The notes below the pieces were generated by a model that saw nothing but the letters and a program-made list of their open reading frames with translations, was not told the DNA's origin and made no database searches. A DNA stretch of 64,000 bases from Patescibacteria group bacterium (GTDB lineage Bacteria; Patescibacteriota; Minisyncoccia; Minisyncoccales; Staskawiczbacteraceae), in assembly GCA_018895235.1 (NCBI GenBank), contig JAHIOM010000014.1:5203-69202 (forward strand), written 5' to 3'. The position numbers were made by a program, and so were the translations under genes. Positions 49,785 through 59,062 of the stretch are shown piece after piece (the stretch's first letter is position 1; each line of letters opens with the position of its first letter).

Positions 49785-50264
49785 TTATTTACAGAGTTCT
49801 TGTTGAACGAAATATTCCCGCTGACGCTCTTCTAAAATGGGGATATATTTTTGAACAAGTTCTGGTGTATAATCGGGAATATGCAACCAAGGAGAACCAC
49901 CAGTTTTTTCATAATTTTGCATATAGCCACGGAAATATTCCAATAATTCTTCTGTTGTGTCCGGAGCCCAAGAAGCATAAATAGGTTGGTTACTTTGTTC
50001 GGTATAATATGCTATTTTAGTCTCTTGAGGGGCAAGTTTTAATTCATTAGCTTTTCTACAAGCCACCTCCTTGTCGGCTCTACTTTCAAGAATCGTTACC
50101 CTTCCGATTAGAGAGTCTATTTGTTCAGCTAAAATCTGTATTGCTTCTTCGATTGTTTTACCTTGGATTAAAGAGGAAACAAAAGTTCCTCCGAGAGCAA
50201 TAGTTGGGAAAGCAACGAAGCCGATGAGGACACTTATTATAATAATTTTAATTACTTGTTTCAT
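49785..50264 (-). CDS. Secreted/membrane hypothetical protein
   Basis: Signal/TM segment; TAAATCTATG start. Confidence 0.7.
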   Translation of the reverse strand: MKQVIKIIIISVLIGFVAFPTIALGGTFVSSLIQGKTIEEAIQILAEQIDSLIGRVTILESRADKEVACRKANELKLAPQETKIAYYTEQSNQPIYASWAPDTTEELLEYFRGYMQNYEKTGGSPWLHIPDYTPELVQKYIPILEERQREYFVQQELCK

Positions 50265-50366
50265 AGATTTATTTTACCTTATTTTACCCCACTGTGCTAT
50301 TCACTGTTTCTAAATTAAAAATTACCTAGCAATGGACGGTTTTAGTTAAACCCTAGGCTATATTTT

Positions 50367-51368
50367 TCAATCTTTATAATAAACGTTATGGATGTTCTGA
50401 ACTATCCCCTGAACTTCGTAGTTGCCGATATTCAACCAAGTAGGAACCCCTAAAAAGCATAAACCGTTCTCATCTTTTGAAAGCGCTACGCCGCCAGAAT
50501 TGCCACTATCAATCTTTGCAGAAACATAATAATTAGAATATGGCAAATTCCCCGTAACTTCTACGGAACGGTCATACCCGCTGATAATGCCGTTTGTAAC
50601 CTGTTTAGAGGAGATTTGGCCCGTAGTCCCTTGAAATTCAATCTGTCGTTTGGCAAATGCGGGATATCCTACGATAACCATCGGAGACCCTTCGGGCATT
50701 TTGTAGGGACACAATCTTAAACTAGAAAGGCTATAATTCAAGTCTTTTATGGGTTCAGACCAACTTGATGATGCTGCCGATATAGTCATCTTCAATATCG
50801 CAATATCGGTATAAGAATTCCACCTATATATTGTTGATCTATCAAGATTATAATGGCCTACCATCTGCTCTAAGTTGTTTTCTGGCGTCACCGCGCAGTC
50901 TCCCGTCCCATTAACTACGTGATTATTCGTTATCACGACATAACCGATGTCTAAATCCATCAGAAACCCGGATCCCTCTCCCCCAATACAAGACACCTCC
51001 GTTACTCCTCCCAAATAAGGACTCAATTCCGAGGGCTGAATGGTAAAATTTTCTTTGGGTTTACTCTTTTCGGTTGTTAATTCTTCTTCTAACCCCGTCA
51101 TCTCTTGGTCTTTCTTTTGGTTTTCTATTTTTGCTTTCTCTATCTCTATTTTTGATTCTTCTAATGTTTTTCTTGCTTCTTCTAACATTTCCTGCTGCTC
51201 TAAAAATAGTTCTTGGTTTTGTTTTTCTCGTTGAGTTTGTTGGGTTTGATAACTCTTGAGCTGAAAGTAACCATAATAACTAATACCGCCAACAATAATT
51301 AACCCAACAATAACGCTAATAAAAACTGGTGTTTTGATAAAGCCTTTTTGGCTATTTTTTTCTTTCAT
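50367..51368 (-). CDS. Membrane-anchored trypsin-like serine protease
   Basis: TNNHVV, DIAIL, DSGNSGG; N-terminal QKGF + TM + coiled coil. Confidence 0.88.
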   Translation of the reverse strand: MKEKNSQKGFIKTPVFISVIVGLIIVGGISYYGYFQLKSYQTQQTQREKQNQELFLEQQEMLEEARKTLEESKIEIEKAKIENQKKDQEMTGLEEELTTEKSKPKENFTIQPSELSPYLGGVTEVSCIGGEGSGFLMDLDIGYVVITNNHVVNGTGDCAVTPENNLEQMVGHYNLDRSTIYRWNSYTDIAILKMTISAASSSWSEPIKDLNYSLSSLRLCPYKMPEGSPMVIVGYPAFAKRQIEFQGTTGQISSKQVTNGIISGYDRSVEVTGNLPYSNYYVSAKIDSGNSGGVALSKDENGLCFLGVPTWLNIGNYEVQGIVQNIHNVYYKD

Positions 51369-51372
51369 AGGT

Positions 51373-51810
51373 TTATTTATCCTCATCTGCTGATTTCATC
51401 TTTTTGAGAATCCTCGCTTTTGCTTTAACGACTTCGTCACTTGTGATATTTATATTTATTGTTTGGGGCAAAGCTCCTTCGGGCTCGATTCTTCTCTTTA
51501 CTTTGTTGTATTCTCTGATAGCGGCAACCTTAGAAGATAAATCTGCTTTCTGTGTAATAACAAATCCCAATTCTCTATCAACGACTTCATTGTTTATGTA
51601 AATATCTAACAACTCACGGATGCGGGCTGTAACGTAATCTTTTGTCAATAATCGATACGCATGCTGCCTCGCCGCCCTATGGGTTGTCTTCCCCCCAAAC
51701 GCTTTAATGTAAGTTTGCGTTCCATTACTAAAGCAATCACGGTCTGTGACAAAGATGCGGCAAAACACTTCTTCTTTCGCAGTAAGTTGTCCGTTAATTC
51801 TTTTCCCCAT
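51373..51810 (-). CDS. Terminase small subunit-like protein
   Basis: LTAKEEVFC...NGTQTYIKAF...AYRLL...VTARIREL resembles the TerS N-terminal HTH pattern. Confidence 0.7.
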   Translation of the reverse strand: MGKRINGQLTAKEEVFCRIFVTDRDCFSNGTQTYIKAFGGKTTHRAARQHAYRLLTKDYVTARIRELLDIYINNEVVDRELGFVITQKADLSSKVAAIREYNKVKRRIEPEGALPQTININITSDEVVKAKARILKKMKSADEDK

Positions 51811-51875
51811 GTTGTTTTTTTGTTAATACTTTTTTTGTATTAAAACATGGGGAATAATATTTTTACAATATTTTA

Positions 51876-52340
51876 TTATTTTCTAAGTATTTTTGCTTCT
51901 TTGCGTCTTTTTTTCTCACGACTTCCCGACAATTTAATGCACTCGGTTTCAACCTCAAACTTCTTAAGACACGCACCAAGCCAACTTTTATCAGATACAA
52001 ATGGCTTCTGCGCATCTTTGTTTGAAAAAATTAAAACTTTTTTATACTTCCCTCCCTGCATCTTCTCTATAAAAATAAGCTTGAGGGCATCCTTCATCAC
52101 TTTCCATTTCTGTCCGGCTTTTGGACGCTTACAGCCCGACCAAGCTTCACATAAGTAAGGTGGATTCTCTGAATACCCATCAATTTGCACAGAAATTTGA
52201 TTTCCTTCAATATTAAATCGAAGGCTTTTACTTACCAAAGTAACCCCCCTGTGTTTAGAAAACCTTGAAATCATTTCTGGTTCAGCCAACATGGCCTCTG
52301 TCGCAGTCCCCAATTTTGGTTTTGATTGTTTTAATTTCAT
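51876..52340 (-). CDS. Hypothetical protein, possible PD-(D/E)XK-like fold
   Basis: QIDGY...LCEAW pattern; start at MKLKQ after a structured leader. Confidence 0.55.
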   Translation of the reverse strand: MKLKQSKPKLGTATEAMLAEPEMISRFSKHRGVTLVSKSLRFNIEGNQISVQIDGYSENPPYLCEAWSGCKRPKAGQKWKVMKDALKLIFIEKMQGGKYKKVLIFSNKDAQKPFVSDKSWLGACLKKFEVETECIKLSGSREKKRRKEAKILRK

Positions 52341-52619
52341 ATACAAAAAGCCCACCACGGGTAGCGGCCGAAGCCACTCATACCGGTTTCCCGATATGGC
52401 AGAACATGCGACCCCATGATGGGTTCTTTATGCATGTTCTAACTTTTTATGCCATGTCTTGCAAAAGCAAGGGTTAGGCATCAATATTAAGTTGTTAAGT
52501 TAATATTACATAGAAATAATAAAATTTAAAGAGTAAATCTTAAGAAAAAAAAGAAGAAAAATTACTTGGAAAAACAGGTAGAAACGGGTAGGATAAAGGA
52601 AATTATAACGAAAATTACT

Positions 52620-53291
52620 ATGAGTTATATAGAATTATTATTAGAACTTATAAAAAGTAAAAAAGAGATGTCTGGAGACAATATTGTTAGCTTGTCTATC
52701 GGAGAGATAGCTGATGCTTGGGGCAGAAATGTGCTTTACGAAGATCAGTTCAGTATTAGTAAATCAAAGCATATTGATTATGACTTTCTTCAAGACGTTG
52801 TTTCAGCTTTGAAAAATTTGGAAGATAAAAAACTTATTGCATTTATGTATACAGTTAGGGGTTATCCCTACTACTCTCTTGTCGAGAAAAAAAACGAAAA
52901 AGAAGATTTAATCTCAGACATAGTCCATTTATTCTCTCTTAACGATAAAATATATTTAGAAGTGGAAGAAAAACTTTTATATGAATCTAAACCAAATAAT
53001 AAAAAAGGCGAAAAAAACTGTATCGTAATTCCAGCAGACACAAAAAATTGGAATGATATTGAAATAAAATTTAAAAATGAATTTGATATAGAAATCTTTG
53101 TTAAGGGAAAATTTCATAAAAAAACAAACAATGAAGATTTGAATTTTTACAGTGGCCGGAAGAATAAAAAACCAGATAGACAATGGCAATTTTTAATATT
53201 ATTGTCTATTCTACAAGGAAAACGTGAAAGGAATGCCACAAAGGATGAAATAGTTTTTTCTTTGAGTAATAAATTTGGTAAAAAAATTTAG
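52620..53291 (+). CDS. Hypothetical protein, possibly C-terminally truncated
   Basis: Long ORF divergent from the terS region; stops about 20 nt from the convergent corA end. Confidence 0.6.
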   Translation: MSYIELLLELIKSKKEMSGDNIVSLSIGEIADAWGRNVLYEDQFSISKSKHIDYDFLQDVVSALKNLEDKKLIAFMYTVRGYPYYSLVEKKNEKEDLISDIVHLFSLNDKIYLEVEEKLLYESKPNNKKGEKNCIVIPADTKNWNDIEIKFKNEFDIEIFVKGKFHKKTNNEDLNFYSGRKNKKPDRQWQFLILLSILQGKRERNATKDEIVFSLSNKFGKKI

Positions 53292-53310
53292 AGCCCGTTT
53301 TATATAAAAA

Positions 53311-54231
53311 TTATAACCATCTGTTTCGGCTAAAAACATAAAAGACAACCGAAACAATAACAACCGTTCCCGCCATTATTATCCAAAAGACATTGGGGTT
53401 ATTCGCAAAAGGAAGCCCGACGTTCATTCCATACAAGCTGGCAATTATTGTCGGAATTGTAAGTATGACCGTCAATGAGGTAAATAATTTAATAACTTTA
53501 TTTAGATTATTGCTAATAATTGTTGAATATGCCTCACGGATGTTTACAATATTTTTAAGGGTTGAGTTACAAAGCTCGACAAGCTGATTTGTATCTAAAA
53601 CCAAGTCTTCCATTAATTCCTGGTCCTCTTTGTAGAGTTGGATAAATTTACCGCTTATGATATTTTTCAATGCCGGATTTGTGTGTGTAAGGGCTAAAAG
53701 AAAATCGTTAAGTATTTCTTCAAAGTTAACGAAGTTCATAATTATTTTTTCGTTTATTTTGCTGAATTTCGCGCTTATTTCTCTAACATCTTTACTTATA
53801 TTAGATAAGAAGCCGTTATAAGCTTTCATTATTTCGGAAAGAAACCTGATGACCAATTGGGTTTTTTGGGTAGTTGTAAAACTAAGTCTGTTTTCAATAA
53901 ACTTGTTTAGAATTGGGCTTTCGGTTTTTAAAAGCGTCATAACAAAATCTGGACCAACTGTTATTAATAACGGCGTGGTAATAATTTTTTCTTCTGATTT
54001 TTGAGGAACTCTTGTAAATATATAAACTATGTTTTCCTCAATTTCTACACGAGGAACTTCATAGGGATCCATCGCATCTTTTAATGTGTTGGGGTTAAGG
54101 TTAAATTTTCTCTCTAAAAAAGCGACCTCTTCTTCATTTATGTTTTGAGCGTAAATCCAGCAACCCGGTCTAAATTCCTCTATTTCCTTTATAGTTGAAT
54201 CGTTTATTCTTTTTTGGTAGATCTTAATCAT
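53311..54231 (-). CDS. corA: CorA-family Mg2+ transporter
   Basis: SNNLNKVIK, YGMN signature, two C-terminal TM helices. Confidence 0.93.
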   Translation of the reverse strand: MIKIYQKRINDSTIKEIEEFRPGCWIYAQNINEEEVAFLERKFNLNPNTLKDAMDPYEVPRVEIEENIVYIFTRVPQKSEEKIITTPLLITVGPDFVMTLLKTESPILNKFIENRLSFTTTQKTQLVIRFLSEIMKAYNGFLSNISKDVREISAKFSKINEKIIMNFVNFEEILNDFLLALTHTNPALKNIISGKFIQLYKEDQELMEDLVLDTNQLVELCNSTLKNIVNIREAYSTIISNNLNKVIKLFTSLTVILTIPTIIASLYGMNVGLPFANNPNVFWIIMAGTVVIVSVVFYVFSRNRWL

Positions 54232-54415
54232 TATTCTAATATTATTATATAATTTTTATTAAAATTACGTTTGAAGTGCATTTTAGTAGTAGTAATGGGG
54301 ACGGTTAATTGTCTAATAAAAAATTCTACTATTAAAAAACTGCCGAAAATAAAATTATTTATTTGATTGTTTTCTCCGTATTTTTAGTTTAATATTTTAA
54401 TTTATTTACTCTATC

Positions 54416-54570
54416 AAAAAATCACCCAAATTAAAAGGTGGTTTTTGATAACTCTTGATACGACTTGGCGCGGGTGGCGGGACGATTTTCGAACTTTTGA
54501 GTGGGAGAAGGCGTTCCCTCAACCAGAAGTGGCTGTTAAAAAAATTAGACAATTATTAACGCTAATTTAA
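54416..54570 (+). repeat. Cassette junction 7 (hairpin + core + family-A tail)
   Basis: Tail reads WRGWRDDFRTFEWEKAFPQPEVAVKKIRQLLTLI*. Confidence 0.9.
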
Positions 54571-55034
54571 TCTACTCTATTCCTTAAAACTTTTTCTAAA
54601 AGACGCCTAAAATTAGGAAAAAGTTTTATATTATCTAATTCATCTATGCCAAAAAACTGAATATCTTTTAATTCTCCTTCATTGAGCTTGATTTTTCTAT
54701 TATTACCATAAATACTACACAAGTAAACGATGTCATCATGATAATGATTGCCGACTAACTCGCATAAAATCACGTAAGGATTGTATAAAACAGAAACATC
54801 TGCATTGGCATCAGATAAACTATTATCTTTTTCTCCCATTATTTCAACATCTAATCCTGTTTCTTCTTTTACCTCTCTTATTACCGTTTGTTCTGGCGTT
54901 TCATTTTTTTCTATATGTCCGCCAGGATAAAGCCAAACGCCGAGTTTTTTATGATGCACCAATAAAACTTTACCGTTATCTATTATCAATGCAGACGCTG
55001 TAAAATGTTTCTCTAACTCATTATTTTTCGGCAT
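54567..55034 (-). CDS. NUDIX hydrolase
   Basis: HFTASA, PGGHIEKNETPEQTVIREVKEETGL. Confidence 0.92.
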   Translation of the reverse strand: MPKNNELEKHFTASALIIDNGKVLLVHHKKLGVWLYPGGHIEKNETPEQTVIREVKEETGLDVEIMGEKDNSLSDANADVSVLYNPYVILCELVGNHYHDDIVYLCSIYGNNRKIKLNEGELKDIQFFGIDELDNIKLFPNFRRLLEKVLRNRVD

Positions 55035-55098
55035 ATTTTTATTTTACTCTATCAAAAAGCCCCCCAAATTAAAAGGTGGCTTCTATAATTTAATAGAT

Positions 55099-55335
55099 TT
55101 AATACGACAACTTTATTCCAAGTTTATCCGCTAATTGATGCAACCACTTCTCGTGCCTATCAATTTTCTGCGAAAGCATTAACATTTCCTGGAAATATGC
55201 GTCTGCTTTTTCCGCATATTTATCTACGGCAGTTTGTAACTGAACGAAACCTTTTTCCACTTTATCAAATCTTTTATCAATACCAACAAACTTTTCATCT
55301 AAATATGTAATTAACTCTGAAAAATCTTCTTTCAT
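55099..55335 (-). CDS. Small coiled-coil protein, copy 1
   Basis: Paralog of 63545..63787 (AVDKYAEKADAYFQEMLMLSQKIDRHEKWL identical). Confidence 0.8.
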   Translation of the reverse strand: MKEDFSELITYLDEKFVGIDKRFDKVEKGFVQLQTAVDKYAEKADAYFQEMLMLSQKIDRHEKWLHQLADKLGIKLSY

Positions 55336-55375
55336 ATATTTTCATTATATCTCCGTAAGGAATAGTGTCAAATGA

Positions 55376-55480
55376 TGGCGCGGGTGGCGGGACGATTTTC
55401 GAACTTTTGAGTGGGAGAAAGCGTTCCCCTATCCGAAGATTGCTGTGCAGGAAATAAAGCAATTATTGACACTGATTTAA
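55376..55480 (+). repeat. Cassette junction 8 (core + family-A tail)
   Basis: WRGWRDDFRTFEWEKAFPYPKIAVQEIKQLLTLI*. Confidence 0.9.
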
Positions 55481-55521
55481 TTACTCTACCCTGTGGCTCA
55501 TTATAGTTTTGAAACTCTTTT

Positions 55522-55797
55522 TTATCGGTCGGTAAGATTATTTACTTCTGTCTTTTCCTGCATCCCCTTGGAATCTTCTTTTCGGCCTACAATATCTGAT
55601 TTTCTTTTTAATAACTTGGGCGATAAGACTAACAATCCTACGATAAACCCCAAGACAAATGTTAATAATAGAATTAAAGATAAAGACCCTTCAAGTTTCC
55701 AAATTAGAAAATTTACAAAAATAATATTAACATTTTGAAGGGCAAAAATAACAGCGAGAATAGCTACGACTAATATAACGATGACAAATAATAACAT
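55522..55797 (-). CDS. LapA/DUF1049-like membrane protein
   Basis: IFALQN...VNFL.W...SL.LILL. Confidence 0.8.
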   Translation of the reverse strand: MLLFVIVILVVAILAVIFALQNVNIIFVNFLIWKLEGSLSLILLLTFVLGFIVGLLVLSPKLLKRKSDIVGRKEDSKGMQEKTEVNNLTDR

Positions 55798-55834
55798 AAA
55801 AATAAAGAGTTAATTTTATATTTGTTATTATATC

Positions 55835-56025
55835 AAAAAACCACTCCGATTAAAAGGTGGCTCTAGAAAATGGCTTGCACTGAGCTTGTCGAAGTGCGCG
55901 GGTGGCTGGACGATTCTGAAAGTCCTGAGCAAAGTCGAAGGATTCGAACTTTTGAGTGGGAGAAGGCGTTCCCCTATCCAGAGCTTACTATTAGAGAAAT
56001 AAACCAATTACTGGCTTTAATTTAG
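55835..56025 (+). repeat. Cassette junction 9 (family A, interrupted by two small palindromes)
   Basis: Hairpin arm, core and RTFEWEKAFPYPELTIREINQLLALI* tail, with ctgagc..gtcgaag inserts. Confidence 0.85.
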
Positions 56026-56114
56026 ATTTACCCTACCCTACTACTCATTTTATTGTCTTATAATTAAAAACTACCAAAAATGGTAGTTTGGGATAATAAT
56101 TTATTACTATTAAA

Positions 56115-56486
56115 CTATGCCGCCGCCTCTTTTAATAGAGATAATATATCAATCTTTTCTGGATTAAATTCTGGTTTTTCTTTTTTGGGTAAAACTCTAT
56201 TTGCCGCTATAGCACGAAGCATCTCAGCGACATCATTATCGGCATTTATAAAAGACATTTCTTTTCTATTTAAAGTCCTACTTTCAAATTTTTCTTTTAG
56301 TAAAAGCACTGAGTGAGCCGCCGAACGTGAAATAAATTTAATATTAGTAAAATCCAAAAAGACTAATTCGGTATCAGTTTTTTTAATTTCATCTTCCAAT
56401 ACACTAGCTACATCACGAGAACTTATAATGGGAGCCAGTAATTTTCTTATATTGATTGTGGTTAAATTCTGGCTTTTATTTTTCAT
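56115..56486 (-). CDS. STAS-like (DUF4325-like) protein
   Basis: LDFTNIKFISRSAAH; paired with an HATPase gene. Confidence 0.7.
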   Translation of the reverse strand: MKNKSQNLTTINIRKLLAPIISSRDVASVLEDEIKKTDTELVFLDFTNIKFISRSAAHSVLLLKEKFESRTLNRKEMSFINADNDVAEMLRAIAANRVLPKKEKPEFNPEKIDILSLLKEAAA

Positions 56487-56527
56487 ATTATTACTTTAAT
56501 TATATTATTATACCACAATAAGTATTA

Positions 56528-57382
56528 TTACTCTATGTACGGAGAAATATCAACAGCGCCAGTTGGTTTCGGTATCCTATAGGCAATAATAGCTCCTTGC
56601 CAGTAGAAATTAGGCAAAGATACTAATTTCTCGTCTTGCCCCACAGAAACTAACGCAGAGGAACCAGAAATTAAAATAAATCCTCCACCTTTTAACGCTT
56701 TGCATACTATATCTTTTGAAGTTCTTATCCCATAACCCCTTTCTTTATCTTTTTTAACTGAATTACCCTCCATCGCTTCTGTAATAGCTTCCGCATCTGA
56801 TAATTTTAACTCTTTTTCCTCTTTATAGGTATTAGCAAATCCTCTCCCACAATCAGCTATACAAATATCTAAATAGTTTTTATTGGGATAAAATTGCCCA
56901 AAAACAAAACCTGATTCTTTCTTACTATGTTCAAAAATGTTTGTTATTAACTCTGCTATAGGGTAACAGACAGCATTTTGAGCTCCAGATATATTACCAA
57001 GTGTTTTATAAATTTTTTCTGAAAATAATGATTCTAATCTTTCTCTATCAACCGTCTTCTCTTTATTCAATACGCTAATTGGTATATAAGTTTTGTATTT
57101 TTGAATCTGTCGTTGGAAAGAAGATATAGAATTTACGCCTTTTGGAAAACTTATTTTTTCTAAGTAAGATTTTATATTGCAAGTGTCTATCTTAACTTCG
57201 CTCTGGGTTTCGTTTATATATGCACTGATTGGCAATATTAAAAGCGGAAAAACCCAATTTAGATATGACAAATCAAATTCCAACTTCTCGCCAAAAGAGA
57301 CACCTTTAAAGGCATTGTAAAAAGAACCCAATTGAGCAACAAGAGATTCGTTATTAGGCTGTAGGATTGTAATACTTTTCAT
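56528..57382 (-). CDS. Histidine-kinase-like ATPase (HATPase_c) protein
   Basis: ELITNIFEHS (N box), IADCGRG (G1), RGYGI (G2). Confidence 0.85.
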   Translation of the reverse strand: MKSITILQPNNESLVAQLGSFYNAFKGVSFGEKLEFDLSYLNWVFPLLILPISAYINETQSEVKIDTCNIKSYLEKISFPKGVNSISSFQRQIQKYKTYIPISVLNKEKTVDRERLESLFSEKIYKTLGNISGAQNAVCYPIAELITNIFEHSKKESGFVFGQFYPNKNYLDICIADCGRGFANTYKEEKELKLSDAEAITEAMEGNSVKKDKERGYGIRTSKDIVCKALKGGGFILISGSSALVSVGQDEKLVSLPNFYWQGAIIAYRIPKPTGAVDISPYIE

Positions 57383-57402
57383 AACTTATTATTTAATACT
57401 AC

Positions 57403-57576
57403 CAAAAAATTACCAAAAAGGCGATTTTCTTTGCGCGGGTGGCGGGACGATTCCTGTCCCGTAGTGGTCGCCTAGGGCGACCTACTACTGGGGTTCGAAC
57501 TTTTGAGTGGGAGAAAGCGTTCCCCTATCTTGAGTTGATTGTTAGCCAAGTGAGGCAATTATTAGCGTTAATTTAG
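57403..57576 (+). repeat. Cassette junction 10 (family A with hairpin insert)
   Basis: tgcgcgggtggcgggacgatt[hairpin]ttcgaacttttgagtgggag...; tail VRTFEWEKAFPYLELIVSQVRQLLALI*. Confidence 0.85.
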
Positions 57577-57653
57577 TTTATCATATCACCATTATTTTTG
57601 GATAAAAAAAGCCCCTTGATGTTATCGCGAGGCTTATTTAAAAATACTATTAA

Positions 57654-58079
57654 CTAGCTGCTTACTCCTGGTGGTGGTTTTGTCCCGAGAAGATTCCAAC
57701 TCACAAGGTTGCCATAATACATACATCCAAACGCTATCAACCAACCGCCGACACATGCCAGACCGAACGTGAGATACCAATGCATGTCGGGATTTTTAAG
57801 CGTTTCTGGATGGAAAAATGTGATAAAAAAACTCATAATTATCACTGCAGTTGCCGAAGCCAATCCAAGTGTTCTTTGTTTAAGTTTTTTTATAAGCTTT
57901 GATGCCGGCTCAACAGAACCGTCTCTCCCGACTAAAGCCACTTTGTCAAAGGATAAGCCGTCATAACGCTCTAATCGCGCTTGTGGTAATCTCAGCAAGA
58001 TCAATGCTGAGACAAAGAAGATAAACAAGAATGGCACCAAAGAAATGCCTGATAGAATTTTCAATATCAATATCATCAT
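57654..58079 (-). CDS. Membrane hypothetical protein
   Basis: Three hydrophobic helices; overlaps the TPR gene stop. Confidence 0.65.
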   Translation of the reverse strand: MMILILKILSGISLVPFLFIFFVSALILLRLPQARLERYDGLSFDKVALVGRDGSVEPASKLIKKLKQRTLGLASATAVIIMSFFITFFHPETLKNPDMHWYLTFGLACVGGWLIAFGCMYYGNLVSWNLLGTKPPPGVSS

Positions 58080-58690
58080 TTTACTGCTCCTTTCTTGACC
58101 TGGGGGTTATTTTCGGGAAGTTTTTCCCAAATAGTGCCTAAAAATAAACACCTTTCTCGATTGCTAGAAATTATCCATTGGATACGTGGTTCATCAGCCA
58201 CAGAACCAGAGGCGGTTTGACCCACTGAGCGGTATCCCACGACAGCATTTTCTAATTCCGCTTCCCACAATTTCTGCGAGGCCCCGCATAGGGCGCTGGT
58301 TTGAGCTTTTGCTAAATGAGCTGGCGTATATGCGGGATCTTTTTTAAGTAATAAGTCAATTTGATAGTTTACTTCAATCAATTTTTCCACAATTTCTGCT
58401 CTGGATTTTAATAATATTGCACTATCAAGCAAAATACCAATTAGGCCATTTCTAAATTTGGGATTGTAAGAATCAAGATCAATGGCTTTTCTAGCCATAC
58501 TTTCGGCCAAATCAAGTCTGCTGAGACGCCCGAAACAAATACAAAGCTCATTATAATTATGTGGATTGTTCGGGCTGAGATAAATTGCTTTTTTAAGCAA
58601 GACAACAGCTTCCTGAAATCTTCCGCCCTCAACGAGAAAAAAAGCTCTTCTATTAAGCAGTCTGGCACGAAATTCTCCAAAGCATTTCAT
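58076..58690 (-). CDS. TPR-repeat protein
   Basis: EAVVLLKKAIYLSPNN, AESMARKAIDLD; AAGGAG RBS. Confidence 0.8.
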   Translation of the reverse strand: MKCFGEFRARLLNRRAFFLVEGGRFQEAVVLLKKAIYLSPNNPHNYNELCICFGRLSRLDLAESMARKAIDLDSYNPKFRNGLIGILLDSAILLKSRAEIVEKLIEVNYQIDLLLKKDPAYTPAHLAKAQTSALCGASQKLWEAELENAVVGYRSVGQTASGSVADEPRIQWIISSNRERCLFLGTIWEKLPENNPQVKKGAVK

Positions 58691-58772
58691 ATTGTTCTCC
58701 TTGTGAAAGGACTGGTTTCTTAAAACTACGCGATAGCAAGAGAATATACTAATTTAATCACTTTGTCAAACC

Positions 58773-58928
58773 AAAAACCACCTCAGTTAGAAGTGGCTCT
58801 TGATATCATTTGATACGACTTGATGGCGCGGGTGGCGGGACGATTTTCGAACTTTTGAGTGGGAAAAAGCATTCCCTGCTCCCGACCTAACTATTAAGCA
58901 AATTAACCAATTATTGGCACTAGTTTAG
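58773..58928 (+). repeat. Cassette junction 11 (hairpin + core + family-A tail)
   Basis: WRGWRDDFRTFEWEKAFPAPDLTIKQINQLLALV*. Confidence 0.9.
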
Positions 58929-59062
58929 GTTTGGCTCGTGGTGATTTTATGGTCTAGTTTGTATTGCGATGAACCATTGCAACAGATTTATCCTGTTTAT
59001 TTGAGCCATCCAATAGAGAATTTCCCGGTTTAGTCGGCTATCATCAAAAAAATTATTTTTCT

